A stretch of DNA of 64,000 nt, taken from the NCBI GenBank assembly GCA_044220495.1, contig JBGAQY010000014.1, positions 1,165-65,164 on the forward strand, written 5' to 3'. Each line of letters begins with the position of its first letter. Position 1 is the stretch's first letter. Source of the DNA: Acidimicrobiales bacterium (lineage in GTDB: Bacteria > Actinomycetota > Acidimicrobiia > Acidimicrobiales > JBBSGY01). The notes under the pieces are model-generated. The model worked only from the letters and a program-made list of their open reading frames with translations, was not told the DNA's origin and did not search any database. Made by a program: the position numbers and the translations under genes. This document shows positions 57,590 to 64,000 of this stretch, in pieces.

Positions 57590-58432
57590 TTAGTTGTCGG
57601 TTACGGCGTTCCGCATGATGTCGACTGGAGCCTGCTGGCCCGTCCAAAGCTCGATCTGCCTCGCCGCTTGATGAATGAGCATGCCAAGACCATTGAGCGT
57701 TTGAGCACCTTGCTTCTCTGCGTTAATAAGCAACTGCGTCTGCTCAGGCACATAAATCAGATCAACCACAAGGTGTTGATCGCTTAGCAGCGCTGTGTCG
57801 ACGGGGGTTTCATCTGCCGGCCCAACTCCGTGTTGCCCTACCGGTGTCGCGTTCACGACAAGACTTGCCGTCGCGATGTCGCTCGTCGTGCCGATGCGCG
57901 CAATCTGAGGCGCGAGGTCAACACAGGCAGCGCTGCGTTCAGGCGTGCGGTTGATAATCGCTATTTCCGACGCACCAGCGTTGGCCAACGCCAAGACCAC
58001 GGCCCGCGCTGCTCCGCCGGCTCCGAGCACAACGCAACTCTGCTGCGCAGGTGTGAAGCCAGCGTCGGTGTTGAGGGAAGTGACGAATCCGTCGCCGTCG
58101 GTGTTGTGTCCGATCAAGCGTTTGCTGTCGTTGACGATGGTATTCACAGCGTTCAAAGCATTGGCCGTTGGTGAGATCTCGTCGAGAAACTCGATGACGC
58201 CTTCTTTGTGAGGAAGTGTGACTGATGCACCAAGCATGTCGAATGCCCGCACACTTGCCACAGCGACGCCCAGATCTTCTGGTTGCACTGGCAGCACCAC
58301 GTAGCGAGCATCGATACCCATTGCCGCGTAAGCAGCGTTATGCAACGACGGCGACAGTGAGTACCGCGCCGGATATCCAAAGAGCGCGGCAAGTCGAGTG
58401 GCACCCGAGATTGCCTGCTGACCTTCAGTCAT
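57590..58432 (-). CDS. aroE: Shikimate dehydrogenase
   Basis: SLSPSLHNAAY, VTLPHK, VLGAGGAARA. Confidence 0.88.
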   Translation of the reverse strand: MTEGQQAISGATRLAALFGYPARYSLSPSLHNAAYAAMGIDARYVVLPVQPEDLGVAVASVRAFDMLGASVTLPHKEGVIEFLDEISPTANALNAVNTIVNDSKRLIGHNTDGDGFVTSLNTDAGFTPAQQSCVVLGAGGAARAVVLALANAGASEIAIINRTPERSAACVDLAPQIARIGTTSDIATASLVVNATPVGQHGVGPADETPVDTALLSDQHLVVDLIYVPEQTQLLINAEKQGAQTLNGLGMLIHQAARQIELWTGQQAPVDIMRNAVTDN

Positions 58433-58435
58433 GCG

Positions 58436-59590
58436 CTAAAGAATGCCGCGTGAACGTGCGATCTTGACGTTTGCTTCGTGTTGCTCGTAGGTCTCGGCAA
58501 ACGACGTTGCACCGCTCTTGTCAGTAACAACGAAGTAGAGCCAAGGCCCGGGCGTAGGTTGAAGCGCGGCGAGGATGGCTTTGCGACCGGGATTGTTGAT
58601 CGGCGTCGGCGGCAAGCCGATGTGGGCGTAGGTGTTATAGGGCGAATTGAGTTTGGTGTCGTTCTTGTCGATGTAGGTCTTTGTGTTGCCCATGCCGTAA
58701 AGCACTGTTGTGTCGAACTGCAGAGGCATGGCTCGATACAACCGGTTTTCAATTACTTGGCTGACCTTTGGACGGTCTTCGTCGAGCTTTGCCTCAGCCT
58801 CGATCAATGACGCGATGATGAGCGTCTCGTATGGCGAATGACTTATTGCCGTGAGCGACTTGTCGAGACCGGTCGAACGAGCAACTGCGTCGAACTGATT
58901 AACCATGCGTCGAAGAATCGACTCTTCAGTGTCAGATGCCGACAGCAAGTAGGTGTCTGGGAACAGAAGCCCCTCAAGACTCTTCGATCCATCGGGCTGA
59001 TACACCGAGCGAACGGTGCCGCTGGTGGCGAGGTCATAGAACTTCTGGGCGGAGAGGCCCTCGATACGACCAACTTCTTGCGCAATTTGCGAGACGCGCA
59101 AACCCTCACGAATCGTCAGCCGATCGGTGGAAACCTTCGGCCCTTTGCGCAAAACAGCGAGCGCCTCGCCAGCGCTGGAGTTCTTGCGGAAGGCGTACTC
59201 GCCAGCCTGAATGCTTCCGTTGCCGTCGATCTTGTACCAAATACGAAACGCAAGAGCGTTCGGCACGACACCGTTCTTCGCAAGCAACGAACCCATCGAC
59301 GAAACGGTTGCGCCTTTTGGAATCTCGACGGTCACTTCGCTGCCGACGCGACCGGGCGGATCAAACTGGTGCATACCCCACACGCCGCCGATGCCCGCAA
59401 TGAGAACGACGGCCACAACAATGATGGTGAGCTTCGTGAAACGGCCGCTCAGGCGTTCTTTGAGAGTGGGCGCCGGCTCTTCGACTTCAGTGAACATCGC
59501 CTCGTAGTCGAAGGGGTCATGCTTCTTCTTTTTCGGCGGTGCCTCATTGTCTGAGCCCTCGGGAGGTTCATTGCTCACGATCACCATCAT
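58436..59590 (-). CDS. mltG: Endolytic murein transglycosylase MltG (YceG-like)
   Basis: N-terminal TM segment plus a YceG domain (ASLIEAEA, SPYNTY, GLPPTPI). The start is uncertain: ATG 59590, or the track TTG 59626, which would overlap ruvX by 59 nt. Confidence 0.85.
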   Translation of the reverse strand: MMVIVSNEPPEGSDNEAPPKKKKHDPFDYEAMFTEVEEPAPTLKERLSGRFTKLTIIVVAVVLIAGIGGVWGMHQFDPPGRVGSEVTVEIPKGATVSSMGSLLAKNGVVPNALAFRIWYKIDGNGSIQAGEYAFRKNSSAGEALAVLRKGPKVSTDRLTIREGLRVSQIAQEVGRIEGLSAQKFYDLATSGTVRSVYQPDGSKSLEGLLFPDTYLLSASDTEESILRRMVNQFDAVARSTGLDKSLTAISHSPYETLIIASLIEAEAKLDEDRPKVSQVIENRLYRAMPLQFDTTVLYGMGNTKTYIDKNDTKLNSPYNTYAHIGLPPTPINNPGRKAILAALQPTPGPWLYFVVTDKSGATSFAETYEQHEANVKIARSRGIL

Positions 59591-60041
59591 AATGCTCAAG
59601 ACCTCGAAAGCGATGGTGTCGATCAAGCCAGCCCTGAAGGATCTCAGCTGCCGCCCATTTGTCGACCTGTTGTCGACGCTGCTTTGAGTTGAGGTTTTGG
59701 CCGGCTAGTGACTTGTGAGCAGCAGCAGTTGTCATGCGCTCATCCCAGGTTTCGACGGGAAGCGACACGGTGCCTTCCAGCTCAGCGACCTCGTCTTTCA
59801 CGGCGCGCGCGGCGATTGCAACGTGTCCGTCAAGGGTCACTGGCAAGCCAACGACGATAAGGGTGACTTCTTCTTCGTCAGCAAGTGCGGCAATCCGCTG
59901 ATGATCCGCAGCGACGCTTCCGGTGCGATCAAGCACTGTGAGCGGCGACGCCAACGTGCGACGCGCATCGCTCACTGCAATCCCGATCCGCTTACTCCCA
60001 AGATCGACCCCGAGCACGCGGCCGGGGTTTGCTTGATTCAA
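59568..60041 (-). CDS. ruvX: Holliday junction resolvase-like nuclease RuvX (YqgF)
   Basis: RVLGVDLGSKRIGIAVSD. Confidence 0.9.
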   Translation of the reverse strand: MNQANPGRVLGVDLGSKRIGIAVSDARRTLASPLTVLDRTGSVAADHQRIAALADEEEVTLIVVGLPVTLDGHVAIAARAVKDEVAELEGTVSLPVETWDERMTTAAAHKSLAGQNLNSKQRRQQVDKWAAAEILQGWLDRHHRFRGLEHYDGDREQ

Positions 60042-62632
60042 GATGCGCGCGACTCGTTGGGTATTTGTTCGCGAACCGTCGCGATGGCTTCGTCGATCTT
60101 TGACGCGTCGCGTCCGCCAGCCATTGCGAGATCAGCACCTTTGCCACCCCCACCGCCGACAACTTTCGCGGCGGGTGCCAACAGATCAGACGCCTGCAAG
60201 CCAGCATTCTTGTCGACGGCGGCAACCAACGACACACTCGAGCCATCAGGCGACCCGATCAACACGACTGCGTTGACTTCAGGAGTCTGGCGAATATCGA
60301 TCGCGAGTTCGCGTAGTTGGTCTGGTGGAGTGTCGTCGACGCGTGCGACGACAAAGCCATTGCTTTGTGTTGAGATCAGATTCTTGGCAGCAACCTTGCG
60401 AGCCTGTGCACGCAACGACTTGATCTCGTCGTCGAGTTGCTTTTGCTTCGCGAGCGTTCTTTCGATCGCACTCACCAACTCATCAGGCTTGGCCTTCAAT
60501 GCAGCAGCGGCTTGTGCCAATGAAGCTTCTTGATGGCGGATGTAGTCGAACGAGGCCGTGCCCGTAACCGCTTCGATGCGGCGCAGGTTTGAACCAATCG
60601 AACCTTCGCTCGTGATCTTTATTGGACCAATCTTGCCGAGCGCGTCGACGTGAGTGCCACCACAAAGTTCGAGTGAGTGCGCGCCCGCTTGCAACATGCG
60701 CACCTTTTCGCCGTACTTCTCTCCGAAGAACGCAATGGCGCCAGCCGCCAGTGCTTCGGCTTGAGTCGTCTCAATCACTTCGACGTGTCCGTCAGAAAGA
60801 ATCTCATCGTTAGCAAGACGTTCGATCTCGATCAGTTGCTCAGGAGTAACCGCCGAGAAGTGACTGAAGTCGAAACGCAAACGATCAGGAGCAACGAGTG
60901 AACCCGCCTGCTTGACGTGATCGCCCAGCACCTCGCGCAAAGCCCAGTGCAAAATGTGGGTGCCCGTGTGGTTGCGACGAATTGCTGCGCGTCGATGTGT
61001 GTCGATAACTGCGTGAGCTTCTTGATTGGGCTCGATGCGACCGTCAGTCACCTGAGCGCTGTGACGAATCAAACCGGGCAAGGCAAATGTGGTGTCGGTA
61101 ACGACAGCCGCACCCGTGTCAGTTGTGATGTGGCCGGTGTCACCAACTTGACCACCCTGCTCTGCGTAAAACGGTGTCGACGCAAGGAAGATTTCGACGT
61201 GACCCTCTTGGTTGGGGTCGACCAACACAGCCAAAACTTTCGAATCAACGTCGTCGCGTTGGTAGGCAAGAAACTCAGTTGGGCCGTGCTTATCGATGAT
61301 CTCGCGATACGCCTCAGTCGAAATGCCAGTCGCCTTTTGCGACTTGGCTGCCTCGCGCGCTTGTCGGCGTTGGGCTTCCATTGCTGATGTGAAGCCGTCG
61401 ATGTCGACCGACTTACCAGCCTCGGCGGCCATTTCTTGTGTGAGTTCGATTGGAAAACCAAAGGTGTCGTGCAGCTTGAAAGCTGTTTCTCCCGGAACGA
61501 CATCGGCCTTTTGCATTGCTTGTTCGAGCATTGTCGAACCCGATTGCAGTGTTTGGCCGAAGCGGTGTTCTTCACGCGACAAAACTTCGGTGATGAAGTC
61601 TTTGTTCTTCTCGATCTCGGGGTACGCAGTGCCCATGGTGTCGGCAACGGCCTCGATCAATCCGGCAGTGACATCGCGGTGCACGCCGAGCTTGTAGGCA
61701 TGCCGAAGCATGCGACGAACAATGCGACGCAGAACGTAACCACGATCTTCGTTTGACGGAAACACGCCGTCGTTAACGAGGAACGTCATCGAGCGACTGT
61801 GGTCGGCAAGGATGCGCAGCGAGACGTCGTTCTCTTCATCATCGCCGTAGGTCTTGCTTGAAAGGGCTTCGCCCTTGGCGATGATCGGGCGGATCGCTGA
61901 CGTGTCCCAAATCGAATTGACACCTTCCACAGTTGCCAAAATGCGCTCGAAACCTGAGCCAGTGTCGATGTTTTGTTTGGGAAGCGGAATTAGTTCGCCG
62001 TCGCCTTGACGATCGAATTGCATGAAGACGAGATTGCCGAGTTCGCGGTAACGCTCGTCGTCACCTTCGGCAGGCCCACCGGCGTCGCCAAACTGAGGAC
62101 CGCGATCGATGTAGAGCTCTGAGCACGGTCCGCACGGGCCGGTATCACCCATCTCCCAAAAGTTGTCTTCGCCCATGCGTTGAATTCGTTCTGCAGGAAC
62201 ACCAATGGTGTCGCGCCAAATGTCGGCTGCGTCGTCATCGCTGTGATGAACGGTGACCCAAATGTCATCACCGTCGAGACCCAACACGTTCGTGAAGAGA
62301 TCCCAATGGAATTTGATGGCGCCTTCTTTGAAGTAGTCGCCAAAGCTGAAGTTGCCGAGCATCTCGAAGAAAGTGAGGTGACGCGTGGTGCGTCCGATCA
62401 ATTCGATGTCGTCGTGCTTGCCGCGAATGCGAACGCACTTCTGCACAGACGTCGCACGCTCGTAAGGCGCCGCTTCTTCACCAAGGAAATACGGCAGGAA
62501 CTGATTCATACCCGCGTTGGTAAAGAGCGGCGCAAGCGGGTGATGCGGAATCAGCCCCGCAGAGGGAACCAGCGTGTGGCCCCGCTCAACGAAGAAATCA
62601 GTGAAGGTCTTGCGAAGTGAATTGGCATCCAT
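60038..62632 (-). CDS. alaS: Alanine--tRNA ligase
   Basis: 864 aa. FTNAGMNQF, editing-domain HTGTH, C-terminal DHHA1-like region. Confidence 0.98.
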   Translation of the reverse strand: MDANSLRKTFTDFFVERGHTLVPSAGLIPHHPLAPLFTNAGMNQFLPYFLGEEAAPYERATSVQKCVRIRGKHDDIELIGRTTRHLTFFEMLGNFSFGDYFKEGAIKFHWDLFTNVLGLDGDDIWVTVHHSDDDAADIWRDTIGVPAERIQRMGEDNFWEMGDTGPCGPCSELYIDRGPQFGDAGGPAEGDDERYRELGNLVFMQFDRQGDGELIPLPKQNIDTGSGFERILATVEGVNSIWDTSAIRPIIAKGEALSSKTYGDDEENDVSLRILADHSRSMTFLVNDGVFPSNEDRGYVLRRIVRRMLRHAYKLGVHRDVTAGLIEAVADTMGTAYPEIEKNKDFITEVLSREEHRFGQTLQSGSTMLEQAMQKADVVPGETAFKLHDTFGFPIELTQEMAAEAGKSVDIDGFTSAMEAQRRQAREAAKSQKATGISTEAYREIIDKHGPTEFLAYQRDDVDSKVLAVLVDPNQEGHVEIFLASTPFYAEQGGQVGDTGHITTDTGAAVVTDTTFALPGLIRHSAQVTDGRIEPNQEAHAVIDTHRRAAIRRNHTGTHILHWALREVLGDHVKQAGSLVAPDRLRFDFSHFSAVTPEQLIEIERLANDEILSDGHVEVIETTQAEALAAGAIAFFGEKYGEKVRMLQAGAHSLELCGGTHVDALGKIGPIKITSEGSIGSNLRRIEAVTGTASFDYIRHQEASLAQAAAALKAKPDELVSAIERTLAKQKQLDDEIKSLRAQARKVAAKNLISTQSNGFVVARVDDTPPDQLRELAIDIRQTPEVNAVVLIGSPDGSSVSLVAAVDKNAGLQASDLLAPAAKVVGGGGGKGADLAMAGGRDASKIDEAIATVREQIPNESRAS

Positions 62633-62791
62633 TGCCGTCGAATCCTACTGCCGAAACCGCAGGCAGCGGGCGCGATCACCACCCGTGAACTCATCACGCG
62701 TCGCTCAGAACATCGAATCAGCGGCTGCCGGAACCACGGAGCGAATTCGTCGTCACGGCTGCGTATTGATCATTAGTGTCGAGCTCATCCG

Positions 62792-64000
62792 ATGAGCCCT
62801 GCCAACGATGCCGACCGTGTCGCGCCCTCGCGAAATAGAACCGCGATGGCGCTGGTCAAGGCTTTGGCGACCAGTCGGGTGCGAGCGAATCGATTCATCG
62901 AAGCGGCATCGGCAGCGTATGTAATCCCAAACCCCACGCCACGAGAGAGCCAGGCTGCGAAAGAAACGGTAGGGGCACTGCAAGTGCGCTTGCTCCGTTC
63001 GACTTACGCGGCAGTACGTAGAAGCCGTCACGGCGATGACTTTGCGATAGCGCTTGGCGCGGCAATGCCCGCTGAAATTCGCATTCGAGCCTTTGCCTCA
63101 CCAAACCTGGGTGATCCGCCACGCCGACATCGGTTTCAACCGGGGCAGTTCTTAGACGCCGTAGTAGAGCTGCGCGCGAGTCAACTCGACCTCGTGTTGG
63201 GATCGCCGGTGCCAGTAACAGCGCTCGACGCGACGCTTACCTACTGCTTCGCTGAAATCGCCCAACACCATCAAATCGACGTGCCCGACGGCTTGAAAGA
63301 CATTCTGCCGTGGGCGATCGACCTCGATCACAACGGTGCGCCATTCGTCGTTCTCGACGCCGCCGCAACGCTCATGCATGAAATGGACACCCGTCCTCTG
63401 AAAACCAACAGCGTCGATGCGCTCGCCAACGTAATGAGACTGTGGCCGCAACAGCTCTCTGATTTGTTGATCCGCTCGACGCGACACTCTGACGCGCTCG
63501 CACGCGTCAGTCGCGCTGCACGTGTCGCCGCGCTCGAACCGCGTCTCGAACTACTCGAAGCCTTCGCCAGTCTGAGCTACTCAGGAACCTTCGCGCCGTG
63601 GTTAACCTCAACGTCGTTCACAACTTCAAGTCAGGGCAAAGGGGTCACTCTCGTGACAGCACCATCAACCGAACCAGCCAACCAAGCAGTCATTCGCGAG
63701 CTTGCCAACGCCATTTACGCTTCACCCGCCCGACTCTCGCGCTTCATTCGATCGGTAAACGCGTCAGACCCTGCCACCCAGGCACAGGTCGCGCTCGGGC
63801 TGCGCGAGGCTGAACAAGTAACGCCAACTGCCCGCGCTATTTCGGTGGCGCTCGCCGACAACGTGACGCCCAACTTGGTGAAAGTGGCGCGCGAGACTCC
63901 ATCGTCAAACAATCCCGAAGACTTCTTGCAAGCGCTGATCTTGCTGCGCGGCAATCAACCGGGCGCCACCATGTCGCGCGCTCAGCCGATGACTCTCTCA
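62792..64000 (+). CDS. Hypothetical protein, 3' end beyond window (open ORF absent from the supplied track)
   Basis: By my own translation, frame 2 is free of stops from 62777 to 64000 (408 codons). Third positions are GC-biased and the residue composition is ordinary (e.g. DLVLGSPVPVTALDATLTYCFAEIAQHHQIDVPDGLKDILPWAIDLDHNGAPFVVLD). The first ATG is at 62792, but the true start is uncertain (other candidates 62846 and 62879). Confidence 0.5.
   Translation, partial: MSPANDADRVAPSRNRTAMALVKALATSRVRANRFIEAASAAYVIPNPTPRESQAAKETVGALQVRLLRSTYAAVRRSRHGDDFAIALGAAMPAEIRIRAFASPNLGDPPRRHRFQPGQFLDAVVELRASQLDLVLGSPVPVTALDATLTYCFAEIAQHHQIDVPDGLKDILPWAIDLDHNGAPFVVLDAAATLMHEMDTRPLKTNSVDALANVMRLWPQQLSDLLIRSTRHSDALARVSRAARVAALEPRLELLEAFASLSYSGTFAPWLTSTSFTTSSQGKGVTLVTAPSTEPANQAVIRELANAIYASPARLSRFIRSVNASDPATQAQVALGLREAEQVTPTARAISVALADNVTPNLVKVARETPSSNNPEDFLQALILLRGNQPGATMSRAQPMTLS

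Noticed and set aside
62633-62791. alaS upstream region checked for a T-box or other leader
   Set aside because: Only a 5-bp hairpin (ctgcc...ggcag) lies near the start. No specifier loop or T-box sequence was recognisable.
63152-63487. 111-aa minus-strand ORF listed in the track
   Set aside because: It is exactly codon-aligned antisense to a 408-codon open + strand frame with better coding character. Its product is Arg/His/Trp-rich with no recognisable motif.

Overview
High-GC (roughly 60%) actinobacterial-type chromosomal window, made up almost entirely of core housekeeping genes. No rRNA, tRNA, CRISPR array, transposase or prophage gene was seen.

Layout:
(1) 1-10.8 kb, + strand: a seven-gene pentose-phosphate operon with overlapping stop/start codons (tkt [5' partial]-tal-pgi-gnd-zwf-opcA-pgl), followed by a fused TrpE(G) anthranilate synthase.
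(2) 10.9-25.6 kb, mixed orientation: menF, msrB, a LOG-family protein, a J-domain membrane protein, small hypotheticals, a flavin reductase, pheST, an orphan PAS histidine kinase, a TrmH-like methyltransferase, rplT-rpmI-infC, a DUF1844-like protein and an AbiEi-N/DUF559-like protein.
(3) 25.6-62.6 kb: an unbroken run of 35 minus-strand genes. In transcription order these are alaS-ruvX-mltG-aroE-prepilin peptidase-aroC-aroK-aroB-aroQ-[690 aa unknown]-pepQ-efp-nusB-[546 aa unknown]-pyrR-pyrC-carA-carB-[GT20-like]-pyrF-mihF-gmk-rpoZ-coaBC-metK-priA-def-fmt-rpe-DUF2332-[FMN riboswitch]-ABC transporter-hisG-CSD-like.
(4) 62.8-64.0 kb: a + strand ORF that runs off the window and is missing from the supplied ORF track.

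Most notable non-routine signals:
- A dispersed 58-bp palindromic element with four copies, all at gene 3' ends. Two copies bracket the DUF559 nuclease-fold gene. This is the best candidate for something undescribed, possibly a REP/RAYT-like repeat-plus-nuclease association.
- A textbook FMN riboswitch in front of an NMT1-type ABC importer (RibXY-like).
- Three lineage-specific genes wedged into the otherwise strongly conserved aro-pyr supercluster: a protein with two FtsK-gamma-like wHTH domains but no motor, a 546-aa orphan, and a divergent OtsA-like GT20.
- A pyr operon with no pyrB.
- Non-canonical starts for infC (ATA) and priA (CTG directly after the metK stop, same frame).

All calls rest on reading the supplied translations and the DNA by eye. 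No database search was run.
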